A DNA stretch of 32,000 bases from Zestosphaera tikiterensis (GTDB taxonomy: Archaea; Thermoproteota; Thermoprotei_A; Sulfolobales; NBVN01). The notes below the pieces were generated by a model that had not been told where the DNA came from, made no database searches, and worked only from the letters and a program-made list of their open reading frames with translations. The stretch covers positions 90,001 through 122,000 of the forward strand of contig NBVN01000002.1 of NCBI GenBank assembly GCA_003056265.1, written 5' to 3'. The position numbers and the translations under genes were made by a program. This document shows, one piece after another, positions 1 through 9,115 of this stretch; positions within the stretch are counted from its first letter, which is position 1, and every line of letters starts with the position of its first letter.

Positions 1-261
1 TTTCGAAAGGTTTAACGGACTACCATACCTTGTTAATTCCTTCCGCGCCTCAGCCATCAACCTACTTTCAAGCTCAGGTAGATTCAAATGATTTTGAGGC
101 GGAACCACTTCAAGCAAATCCCCCTTCTCACTCACCACATACATCTTTAACTTCATAACTCGAACCCTACTTAAACTTAACGATCTCCACACAAACACAG
201 CTATAAACACAGCAATTTGAATTAACGCAATCACCAACGCTTCAACAAACCCCACCCACAT
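1..261 (-). CDS. partial hypothetical membrane protein (N-terminal 87 codons; continues off the left edge)
   Basis: ATG at 261-259 on the minus strand, open frame to position 1. Translation MWVGFVEALVIALIQIAVFIAVFVWRS... begins with one hydrophobic helix. Not in the ORF track, presumably because it is truncated. Confidence 0.35.
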   Translation of the reverse strand, partial: MWVGFVEALVIALIQIAVFIAVFVWRSLSLSRVRVMKLKMYVVSEKGDLLEVVPPQNHLNLPELESRLMAEARKELTRYGSPLNLSK

Positions 262-693
262 TACCTAATAACTAAGGCTCATGAAACACGACTTAATCTT
301 TTAATCGTCAAGTTATATATTAATAGAAAACTTATAAGTTTTCCCTCCCTCTTCAAGTAGTAAGCTAGCTTACCATCTCTTAAAGGGCATCGCACCATCA
401 AATAAGGAACGATGCCGGAGCTGATAAACCATTCAATGCTTCGATAGATAAAACACCGACGACTTCAATTAAAGCATCATCAGCCGATAAGCACATTAAA
501 CCCAACACACGGAACATCACATATCTACACAATACATAAATATACTGAATCGTGATTCACTCACATTACTAAAAACTAAACCCGCTGATTCCTCATCCTC
601 TGGCGCTTGATTAAAATCCCAGAAAATCTAGGTTTTAACGCCGTTAAAGTTAGGTACGCGTGCGTTTTAGCGTGGTTTGATTGGTTTTGTTTT

Positions 694-2070
694 TTACTTT
701 ACGTTATTGAGTGTTTCATGACTTGCCTCATGTGCTGGGGAGTCTTTTCTTGTGGGTACTTGAGATATGTATATCGTATTGTCTTTAGAGATTAAGAAGG
801 AGGTTGCTATTGCAACCATCGCGTTAGGTAGCATTTGCAGGCCTGAAGTCATTTCGGTAACCATCAGTAAAGTAGCTATTGGGACTCTTCCAGCTGCGGC
901 AAAGAAGCTTATCATACCTATTATGACGAATGGGGCTATGTTGGGTACGATACTTGGGAAGAGGTGTTTGAAGATAAGGCCTACGTTCGCACCTACATAC
1001 GCGCCTATGAATAGGCCTGGAGCGAAAACGCCTCCACTACCTCCGGATGCTATCGAGAATGAAGTCGCCAGTATTTTCAGGAATGGTAGGAGCGCTATTA
1101 AAAGTAGTGGGGGAAGGATTGGAGAGTATAACGCAGCAAACCTTTCATACTCAATTAAGTTTACCCAACCATAGCCAGGTCCAAGCACTTCCGGAGCTAT
1201 TAAAGCGATTAACCCCGTCACCACCCCACCCACTGCTGGCTTTATATGGTTCGGCATTCTTAACTTTTTGAAGAACGTGTTAACTTTGTAGAATGTCTTA
1301 ATGTATAAGATAGCTACCAAGCCTGTGGCGAGTCCTAAAACCGCGTACATAGGTAGTTTAAGTGGGTTATATACTTCATAGTAAGGCCCGAAAACCGGGG
1401 TGAAGCCAAATACGCTTCCGAAAATCGCGTAACCAATCGCTGAAGCTATAATAGCTGGGTAAATAACCTCAGATTCTATATCTCTTTTGTAGAGTATTTC
1501 AGCCGCTAGGATTGCGCCTCCAATCGGTGCTTTGAAGATCGCTCCCACACCAGCACCGAGTCCGACAGCCAACGCTATCCTTCTATCCTTCGGGCTTAAA
1601 CGAAGTAAGTCAGCGATGACTGAGCCTACACCAGCTGAAAATAATGCTGTAGGTCCTTCCCTACCGGCACTACCTCCAGAACCTATGGTTACTGCGGAAG
1701 CTATGATTTTAACTGGTATTACAGACCACCTTATCTTGCCTTGACGGAAGTGATATGCTTTTATTGCTGCGTCAGTGCCGTGACCTTCAGCCTCGGGGGC
1801 GAAGGTATACACTATAAGACCGGAGATCAACCCACCAACAGTTGTTGAAATCGGTATGAGGAGGTAGTTTCCGGGGTTGAACGTGAAATCTAACGTACCG
1901 CCTTCACCAAGCGGTTTTGGACTGCTCATACCTATGAAGTAAGTTATGAACACCTCTTCAAATAGTTGAAGCAATATATAGAACGTAACTGCCGTTAAAC
2001 CGGCTACAACCCCGATAATAGCTCCTAAGATAAACCACTTCTCGTAGTAAGGCATTGAAGCCAGCTTCAC
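694..2070 (-). CDS. ClC-family chloride channel / H+:Cl- antiporter (no C-terminal CBS domains)
   Basis: Polytopic membrane protein with ClC selectivity-filter-type motifs GREGP and [11 protein letters not shown], plus a GSGGSAG stretch. GTG start at 2070, alternative ATG at 2055 (MPYYEKW). Confidence 0.85.
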   Translation of the reverse strand: MKLASMPYYEKWFILGAIIGVVAGLTAVTFYILLQLFEEVFITYFIGMSSPKPLGEGGTLDFTFNPGNYLLIPISTTVGGLISGLIVYTFAPEAEGHGTDAAIKAYHFRQGKIRWSVIPVKIIASAVTIGSGGSAGREGPTALFSAGVGSVIADLLRLSPKDRRIALAVGLGAGVGAIFKAPIGGAILAAEILYKRDIESEVIYPAIIASAIGYAIFGSVFGFTPVFGPYYEVYNPLKLPMYAVLGLATGLVAILYIKTFYKVNTFFKKLRMPNHIKPAVGGVVTGLIALIAPEVLGPGYGWVNLIEYERFAALYSPILPPLLLIALLPFLKILATSFSIASGGSGGVFAPGLFIGAYVGANVGLIFKHLFPSIVPNIAPFVIIGMISFFAAAGRVPIATLLMVTEMTSGLQMLPNAMVAIATSFLISKDNTIYISQVPTRKDSPAHEASHETLNNVK

Positions 2071-2367
2071 GTACTTCCCTCCAGCTTCAATGATAGGTAT
2101 GATAGCATTTTATAGCGGATGCGATATAAAGTTTTCATAAGATTTAAACAACTCTTTAATCCATTTAAAGAACGCAACAATTTAAAAGAGTAGGTAACTC
2201 AACTCCTTAAAGAGTTGATAAGCTGTTGCACCCTACACCTCCGTGACACGCTTTAAACTCCTCCCTAACCCCTTACGGTTTAGAAGTCTACTACGTCCCT
2301 CCTTCATCTACTTTAATCGATTCTCCATGTTCACCTCCGAATTCGCTTACTATATTTGAAGAACGGC

Positions 2368-2571
2368 TTAAGGCAGGCTTACGTTTTTAATCTTCTCGCT
2401 GGCCTGTTCTCCGCCTACACCCCAGTTTTCTTTAGGGACTTCATGAATTACTACTTCAACCGCTTCCTTCGGTATGCCTAATTCCATGAAAACCTTAGTT
2501 ATGCCTGATATTACTTTCTTTTTAGCTTCGTTGGAGAAACCAAGCCATACATATACGTGAACTATAGGCAT
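2368..2571 (-). CDS. 4-oxalocrotonate tautomerase family enzyme
   Basis: 67 aa beginning MPIVHV (catalytic Pro1 after Met removal). Beta-alpha-beta size and pattern are typical of the tautomerase superfamily. Confidence 0.7.
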   Translation of the reverse strand: MPIVHVYVWLGFSNEAKKKVISGITKVFMELGIPKEAVEVVIHEVPKENWGVGGEQASEKIKNVSLP

Positions 2572-2773
2572 GGCTTAACCCACCCTCTCTAATATAGTCT
2601 GAAACTTTAATTAAACCTTCATCGTTGGGTATTCATTCTTTACTTTCGGTTTAACTTACGTTAGTTTGCCTCTATTAATGAATTTATTACAACGTAATGA
2701 GGGGTCTTACGAATGTTATACTACTTTAGTAGGCCTTATCGTTTAGAAGATAGCTATATGCGATGCTTAGCAC

Positions 2774-4339
2774 TTATGAAATTACTTGTTTTTCTAGGTA
2801 TTCTCTGTAGAAGCCTTTAAGGTTCTTGTATAGTTTAGTAAAGTATTTGAATCTCTCCTCAAGGACTTTAGTAAGCTCTGGGTCGGGGTTGAATATCTTC
2901 TCCGGTTTGACGATTTTCTTAGCTATACTGAAGTCGAATGATTTAAGCCCTACTAACCCTATTATTGACGCTCCAATAGCTGACGCCTCTCTAGCGCTGG
3001 TAACACGTATAACCTTAGTGTTAAGTAGGCTAGCTAGGAACATACATAAGCTATTGTATAACGCCCCACCGCCAACTATGTTAACGTGGTCTACCTCCTT
3101 ATTGAGGAGCCTCTTATAGTATGTATACGCCCATTTAACGTTGAATGCTATACCTTCAATAACCGCCTGCGCCACGTGTTCCAACCTGTTTTCTAAGCTG
3201 ATGTTTACTATTCCGCCCCTAACGTACGGATCGTCTATTGGCGACCTCTCCCCGAACAACCACGGTAAAAATAATACTTTGTTATTCTTAGGATCTATAC
3301 TTGAAGCTAGTTCGTCTATCTTTTTATATAGGTCCTCCTTAACCTCCCCAAATATTGTTTGAAGGAACCAATCTATCGTGGCAGACCCCGTTTCCTGCTC
3401 AGCTATAAGCATATACCTACCCGGTATAGCGCTAGGTAAGCAACCCATGTAATGGTATACATCTATCTTACGCCGCGGTATATGAGCTATTATCCAGTCG
3501 CTCGTCCCCACATATATATGGATTTCATAGTCTTCAACCGCTCCCGAACCTACAGCTGTGGCGGTCATATCACCACATCCAACAACTACTTTTACGTCTT
3601 TCGAAAGACCTAATTCTTCAGCTGCCTCCTTAGCTAACGTACCAACTATATCGGTTGGTTGCTTAATTTCAGGTAGTTTGCTAGCGTCTAAGCCTACCGA
3701 TTTAATAAGGCTTTCACTCCACACCACAGCGGTTGGTGTTCTAGTGTCTGTAAGCCATGTGAGGTTAGCTTCGTCGGTGCTTATAACGGTTTTTCCAGTC
3801 ATCTTATACGTTAAGTAACCTTTCACATCGAGGAACTTCCACGTCTCTCTATAGATGTCTGGCTGTTCATTCATTAACCATACATACTTCGATAATGGAT
3901 CCTTACCGGCTTTGCCTGGAACGCCCCCGCTTATTTGAAGGAATTTTATTAATTTGAAGACGTTATAGCCTGCGATCTTTGGGAATCCCTTAAATAATTC
4001 GCGTGGGTAGCCGGCTGACCTAGTGTCAAGCCATGTAAGTATGTTAGTTAGTGGGGTTCCGTCCCTCGACAACGGAACTACCCCAGCCATTTGAGTATCC
4101 ATCACTATCCCCATTACATCCTCCGGGTTCACGCCAGCTTCATCGATAACTTTATTCGTAGCGTCTACAAGGGCCTTCCATAACTCGTCTGGTGATTGTT
4201 CAGCATGGCCTGGCTTAGGTATATAAAGGTTGAGCTTAGCAGTTGTTTTATAGCGTATGGTGCTGTTTGCCGCATCGAATAGAACGGTCTTTATGGAACT
4301 AGTGCCTACGTCATATGCGAAAATATACATCTGCGTCAC
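2774..4339 (-). CDS. FGGY-family carbohydrate kinase (xylulokinase/glycerol-kinase-like)
   Basis: N-terminal YIFAYDVGTSSIKTVLFD phosphate-1 motif, GCGDMTATAVGSG, C-terminal VGGGA. Length of 521 aa is typical of FGGY kinases. The GTG start overlaps the upstream stop by 4 nt (GTGA); alternative ATG at 4330. Confidence 0.85.
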   Translation of the reverse strand: MTQMYIFAYDVGTSSIKTVLFDAANSTIRYKTTAKLNLYIPKPGHAEQSPDELWKALVDATNKVIDEAGVNPEDVMGIVMDTQMAGVVPLSRDGTPLTNILTWLDTRSAGYPRELFKGFPKIAGYNVFKLIKFLQISGGVPGKAGKDPLSKYVWLMNEQPDIYRETWKFLDVKGYLTYKMTGKTVISTDEANLTWLTDTRTPTAVVWSESLIKSVGLDASKLPEIKQPTDIVGTLAKEAAEELGLSKDVKVVVGCGDMTATAVGSGAVEDYEIHIYVGTSDWIIAHIPRRKIDVYHYMGCLPSAIPGRYMLIAEQETGSATIDWFLQTIFGEVKEDLYKKIDELASSIDPKNNKVLFLPWLFGERSPIDDPYVRGGIVNISLENRLEHVAQAVIEGIAFNVKWAYTYYKRLLNKEVDHVNIVGGGALYNSLCMFLASLLNTKVIRVTSAREASAIGASIIGLVGLKSFDFSIAKKIVKPEKIFNPDPELTKVLEERFKYFTKLYKNLKGFYREYLEKQVIS

Positions 4340-5580
4340 TTGCTTAACTTCATGAATAACTCTTCAATGCTATAGGTCTTCCTCCCCTCAGGCCCTTCCT
4401 CAACTACTTTTATAGGTATGCCCCTCCCCATCGGCGTAGTAACGTATTTGTTAGCAAGCCTGAATAACTCCATGGGGTTAACTACGGCTTCAGGTGGGTA
4501 TACACCATACTCTTTTATCAAACCCTCCTTGATTAATAGTCCTCCTAAAGCTAGCGGTATCCCCGTACCTTCACCCATGCCGAGTCCTTTAGCAACCGTG
4601 TAGAATGTGTATTTGAATTTCACACCTTCACGCAACCCTTCAATCGTGATCATTAAGCATCCGGTGGGTTTAGTTAAACCTGCTTTCTCGAGTATCTCCT
4701 TCCTCTTCTTTAATACGTAGGCAGTCGCGAAGTCGCGTGCTTTAACAACTGTGTTATCTATTGTGACTTCTTCATCGCTAAATAACCCTGCTTTAACAAG
4801 TGTCCTTATAAGGTATGCGTACTCAGGTGGTAGGACAAGACCTAGATTAGTTACTCTTTTCTTTACGTTGATATACTTAGGTAACGTGATAGTTTCTGGG
4901 TGGGGATATAAGTATACTTTGTAAGTACCTATCTCCGGGAATTCCACGTCGTACTCAAATTCCTTGGCCAAGTCGCTATCTAGCTTAGTGTAGACTATCC
5001 TACCATCAAGGTATATAGGTATATCGATCATCATGGAATGAGCTCTATGTTGTATGACGGCAGGACCTTCATATGGTTCTCCTCCATGGGCGTGATATAT
5101 GTCGATGGCGTGAACCTCACTTAGTAGGTAGTCTGAAACCAATCTAGCAAGAATATTACTTAACCCTGGACTACTTCCCATACCGATAAGGGCTTTAACC
5201 CCGTTCTTAACCGCCTTACTAGATAATTCAAGCATTTTAACGGTTGCGTCATAGTCGTCACATACATCCACGTAATCCACTCCCGCATCTAACGCCGTTT
5301 CTAAGACTTTAACGCCGAACCTATAGAACGGCCCCACAGCGTTTAACACTATATCGGAATCCTTCATTAGCTTCATAAGGTTACTCCTATCCTCGACGTC
5401 AACGTATTCTAACGATACAGCATGAGGGTATATCTCCTTAAAGACTTCCTTTAAAACATCCACCCTCTTATCGGCGAGGACCATCTCCTTAAAGACTCCT
5501 GAATTAACTAGGAAGAAGGAACATGCTCTGCCAACCGCACCAGCGGCTCCGAGAATAAGAACACGAGACAAATTTACCAC
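4336..5580 (-). CDS. saccharopine-dehydrogenase-like NAD(P)-dependent oxidoreductase
   Basis: N-terminal Rossmann motif ILGAAGAVGRA. The 414 aa two-domain layout resembles the Sacchrp_dh_NADP / Sacchrp_dh_C family. Confidence 0.65.
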   Translation of the reverse strand: MVNLSRVLILGAAGAVGRACSFFLVNSGVFKEMVLADKRVDVLKEVFKEIYPHAVSLEYVDVEDRSNLMKLMKDSDIVLNAVGPFYRFGVKVLETALDAGVDYVDVCDDYDATVKMLELSSKAVKNGVKALIGMGSSPGLSNILARLVSDYLLSEVHAIDIYHAHGGEPYEGPAVIQHRAHSMMIDIPIYLDGRIVYTKLDSDLAKEFEYDVEFPEIGTYKVYLYPHPETITLPKYINVKKRVTNLGLVLPPEYAYLIRTLVKAGLFSDEEVTIDNTVVKARDFATAYVLKKRKEILEKAGLTKPTGCLMITIEGLREGVKFKYTFYTVAKGLGMGEGTGIPLALGGLLIKEGLIKEYGVYPPEAVVNPMELFRLANKYVTTPMGRGIPIKVVEEGPEGRKTYSIEELFMKLSK

Positions 5581-5852
5581 CGTATTATAAATAGAAATTG
5601 TTACATTTATATTTTAAACTACGTCAGCAACGCGTTGTAAAAATATGTATTTATATCGTATGTTACTTCTTAAACAACTTTAGTTAATGGATTCATTTGT
5701 TCTTACCTAGCTTCAGATTATACATGCTAGCTAATTTACTATCTATTAATGATAAGGCAGAACCTATAGTATGGTGTTATTGGAGTATATCTACAGTAAT
5801 ACGTTAGTTGTTAAGCTTAGTTCTAAGCATAGTTAATACTATACTAGCTACG

Positions 5853-6356
5853 CTAGCTACGTTGCTGAAGTTTCTCCGTTATCTCCTTAACAAGTTTATC
5901 TAGCTTATCTCTATCTTTATCTGGATCTACTACCGACAAGCAATCTACTACGTTGTATTTCATGTCTTCAAGCTCTCTCCTAAGTTTTGATGCGTAGTCC
6001 ACATTAAGATCGGCTGTTGTTACGCAATATACAGGGTTGCTGTACTTTCCAGTGTGTTTAGTTATGAATGAGTATATTGGTGGTGAAGCCGCACCCCACC
6101 ATACTGGAGTAGATATTACTAATGCGTCACAGTTTTCTAGCTTAATATCACTGTTAATTAACTCAACAGGCTTTCTCATTAGGGCTTCGTAGAGTATCCT
6201 AGGGTTTAAATGGAGGAATTTATCGAAATATTCTCTAGTAGGCTTTACTAGGAAGACGTTAACATTAATGCCTGACTCCTTAAGCCTCTCCTTAATATAC
6301 TCAACTAATTTACGTGTTTTACCTGTCTTGCTATAATATACTACGCATACATTCAC
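5853..6356 (-). CDS. flavodoxin-like fold protein
   Basis: N-terminal VVYYSKTGKTRKL FMN phosphate-binding-loop-like motif; 167 aa. Confidence 0.55.
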   Translation of the reverse strand: MNVCVVYYSKTGKTRKLVEYIKERLKESGINVNVFLVKPTREYFDKFLHLNPRILYEALMRKPVELINSDIKLENCDALVISTPVWWGAASPPIYSFITKHTGKYSNPVYCVTTADLNVDYASKLRRELEDMKYNVVDCLSVVDPDKDRDKLDKLVKEITEKLQQRS

Positions 6357-6428
6357 TAAAAGTCCCTGTTAATAAAGCATATAGCATAACTATAAATGTT
6401 TTAAAGAGGTAAAACTACATGTATTTAT

Positions 6429-7664
6429 TCATAAGCCCAACATCATCGCCAACGAGCCTTTCTTATATGCTTCGATAGCTGCCTTCAACTCTGTATTTTC
6501 CTTAGCGTATTCCTCCAGCGGTATGTTCTTTAACGTAGCCTCGATTGCTTGCCTCATGGATTTAGCCCCAGCTCTTGAACCCATTGGGTGGGCGTGAATT
6601 GCTCCTCCAGCTGATATACCCACGTCTACCCCTAAATCCTTCATTAACTGAGGTACGTGAAGCTGTGTTATCCCTCCTGAGGGGCATGGTAGTGTTGGTT
6701 TAATACCCTCCATTGGTGCTCGAAGATATTTAGCAACTCTAATATACTTCTCCTTAGTGTAGGTTGGGACCTTACCGTATGGTGCGGGGTAAATATTCAT
6801 GTCAGCTCCAGCCAGTCTAATCAGTTTTCCAAGTATGAGTGTAGAGCTTATCCCTCCGTAGGGAGATGTGTATATAGTTCCCGCGAAGTCTATGCTATGT
6901 GCTAAGATAGGTAGCTTAATGCTTGGATCCTCAGTTAGTGATTTAAAAGCTCCTAATCCAACTGATACAGCGTTAACCATTAAGGCATTAGCGCCTAGCT
7001 CCTGTGCTTTTTCAGCTAAGTCGAATAGCTTAGGTGGATCGCTTGTTATGTTGACTGTATATAGTTTCTTCTCACCTGTCTCAGCTACTGCTTTATCTAA
7101 AGCCTCCATGAACTTCACCACCCTTTCCTCTACTTTATTATAGCTTTGATTAGCTAGTAGTTCATCGTCTTTTATAATGTCTACACCGCCAACCCATGCT
7201 TCATAAGCTAGTTTCGCACCTATATCAGGTGGGTAGTATACGCAAGGCTTTATCATAGCGACTATGAAGGGCCTTTCGTGGATTCCCATAAGGTTTCTCA
7301 ACCCTTCAACGCCGTATTTAGGTCCTTTGAAGAGCTTTAGATATTCCTTAGGCATCCATATATCTAGTAGTTTTATTTTACCGTAAGCCATTATATTGCC
7401 TGTGATGGTTGAAAAGATTACTGAAATATCGGATTCGAAATTTACCCATGGAAAGCCTATAGCTATGATGAACCACCTTAACCCTTCCTTAGGCGTTTCA
7501 GTCTCGTAGTCTGGGATTTCATATACTCCTAAGACCTTCGCTCCAATGTTCCTCCGCATCTCAGGAGTCTCCATAGGAGTTCTAATCCACGTACCCGTTG
7601 TCTGCTCAGCCGCTAAAGCTCTAGCAACTACATCAGGCTCGAAGCCTGAAGATATGCCAATCAT
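6429..7664 (-). CDS. RuBisCO-like protein (form IV RLP), not a bona fide carboxylase
   Basis: RuBisCO large-chain signatures are present: AAEQTTGTW, GNIMAYG, IKP, GGVDIIKDDE (carbamylated Lys and metal ligands), PSGG, AGGAIHAHPMG. Positions equivalent to K177 (IKPC), R295 (AHS) and H327 (GADMNIY) are substituted. Confidence 0.8.
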   Translation of the reverse strand: MIGISSGFEPDVVARALAAEQTTGTWIRTPMETPEMRRNIGAKVLGVYEIPDYETETPKEGLRWFIIAIGFPWVNFESDISVIFSTITGNIMAYGKIKLLDIWMPKEYLKLFKGPKYGVEGLRNLMGIHERPFIVAMIKPCVYYPPDIGAKLAYEAWVGGVDIIKDDELLANQSYNKVEERVVKFMEALDKAVAETGEKKLYTVNITSDPPKLFDLAEKAQELGANALMVNAVSVGLGAFKSLTEDPSIKLPILAHSIDFAGTIYTSPYGGISSTLILGKLIRLAGADMNIYPAPYGKVPTYTKEKYIRVAKYLRAPMEGIKPTLPCPSGGITQLHVPQLMKDLGVDVGISAGGAIHAHPMGSRAGAKSMRQAIEATLKNIPLEEYAKENTELKAAIEAYKKGSLAMMLGL

Positions 7665-7689
7665 GTATAAAGCTATAACGTACTTGTCT

Positions 7690-7915
7690 AGATCTATCGA
7701 TTCGAAGAGTAAGTCCAGAAGATCAAAATAATCAACCTTATATGGAGACGTATTTTCACCTCACATGATTGTTTAGAACAAAGGTTTATAAAACTAACGC
7801 TATGCTGAGGTTTTATAAAAGTAAAAGAACCACAATAGCTTAGATCTATAGATGTAGAGTGCTTTTGCAACTGAAAGCCCCGCCTCTTTAGGGCGGGGAG
7901 GAGGTCAGATCTATA
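7690..7915. repeat. three copies of the 8-mer AGATCTAT (7690-7697, 7842-7849, 7907-7914); the outer two are 9-mers AGATCTATA flanking a 7-bp GC hairpin (CCCCGCC 7878-7884 / GGCGGGG 7892-7898)
   Basis: Read directly from the sequence. The palindromic AGATCT core reads as (T)ATAGATCT on the minus strand, upstream of the RLP cluster start at 7664. Confidence 0.6.
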
Positions 7916-8371
7916 CAACATATATAAACACTCTGATACTTCACTAGCAAATAAATGATAGTTTATTGTGCCTTCAATAATGCAGAATAAACTAACTGTA
8001 AGCAAAGCGGTTTTAACTTTATATTTTTATAATTGGCAACGCCTTAATCACATATAAGAACTCACTTTCATGTTTGCAGAATAAATAAACTTTAACTTAC
8101 ATTCTAGTAAAGCTAAACCAATGCTATAAAGAAGCGCATACTTTACTAGGCTAAACTAATTTAATTGAATCTTATTACTAGTTCTGTAGGGGAAGTTCTT
8201 AAACTTAAACTAGGATAGGGATTACTTTAGTCTTGTTTTTGATGAATCCGCGTGCTCTATCAGCCTCCTTAACTTTAGCTGTTTTTATAACGTATTTCAT
8301 AATTCAATAAATATTTTCTAAATGTTTTTAATTCTGTAATTTGAGAGACGCTTTTGTTTTATTGCGTAATG

Positions 8372-9115
8372 CTAGCTTATGAATTCGTAGATATAGTCCT
8401 CAAGTTTCTGGAACTCTGGCGATCTTCTATTCCTAGGTCTTGGGAGGTTAACTTCAACTACCTTCCGTACTTCCGCAGGTCTTGGAGTTAGTATCGCGAT
8501 TCGATCAGCCATGAAGAGTGCCTCATCTATTGAATGCGTGACCATGACTACGGCTTCAACTCCTGCGACGCCGCTGAGCCATATATCCAGGAGCTCCGCC
8601 CTTAAGGCTTCTGCGGTTAATGGATCGAGATTTGAGAATGGTTCGTCGAGGAGAAGTATTTGAGGTTTTATTGCTAACGCTCTCGTGATATTCACTCTTT
8701 GTTTCATCCCTCCAGAAAGTTGATGAGGGTAGGCGTTTTCAAAGCCGCTTAAGCCAACTAACGAGAGATACTTTCGTGCTTCATCCCTAGCTTCCTTAGG
8801 TTTTATTCCAGCGCTTTCTAATGGTAGGGCTACGTTCTCAAGTATTGTAAGCCAGGGAATCAACGTCGGGAATTGAAACACGAACCCTATCCTAGGCCTT
8901 TCAGAACTTATGTGGAATTCTATAGTGCCCTTCGTAGGCTTCTCCACCCCCGCAAGTATTCTGAGGAGGGTTGATTTACCGCATCCACTCGGCCCTAGAA
9001 TAGCTAGAAACTCACGTCGAATCTCTAGGTTAATCTTATTAAGCACTTTAATCCTAACCCTGCCGGAGAGGTATTCCTTCTCCAACTCCTTAATGCTTAC
9101 TACGACTTCAGTCAT
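8372..9115 (-). CDS. ABC transporter ATP-binding protein, NitT/TauT (nitrate/sulfonate/bicarbonate) type
   Basis: Walker A GPSGCGKSTLL, signature LSGGMKQRV, Walker B LLLDEPFSNLD, H-loop VTHS. Confidence 0.9.
   Translation of the reverse strand: MTEVVVSIKELEKEYLSGRVRIKVLNKINLEIRREFLAILGPSGCGKSTLLRILAGVEKPTKGTIEFHISSERPRIGFVFQFPTLIPWLTILENVALPLESAGIKPKEARDEARKYLSLVGLSGFENAYPHQLSGGMKQRVNITRALAIKPQILLLDEPFSNLDPLTAEALRAELLDIWLSGVAGVEAVVMVTHSIDEALFMADRIAILTPRPAEVRKVVEVNLPRPRNRRSPEFQKLEDYIYEFIS

Noticed and set aside
607-795. 62-aa plus-strand ORF overlapping the 3' end of the ClC gene
   Set aside because: It is a Cys/Phe-rich improbable peptide, partly antisense to the ClC gene, with no motif support.
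5844-5861. Tandem 9-mer CTAGCTACG x2 at the 3' end of the flavodoxin-like gene
   Set aside because: It is a single short duplication overlapping the stop codon. It is too small to interpret and is probably a chance or slippage event.
6429-7664. Calling this gene a functional type III RuBisCO (CO2-fixing or AMP-pathway carboxylase)
   Set aside because: Positions equivalent to K177, R295 and H327 appear substituted in my manual alignment. No AMP phosphorylase or ribose-1,5-bisphosphate isomerase genes are adjacent. RLP is the better-supported call, pending a structure-based alignment.
7694-8005. 103-aa minus-strand ORF in the RLP / ABC intergenic region
   Set aside because: It has no recognisable motifs and an odd composition. 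It spans the GC hairpin and the AGATCTAT repeats, and it sits in an otherwise stop-rich AT-rich spacer. It is more likely non-coding.
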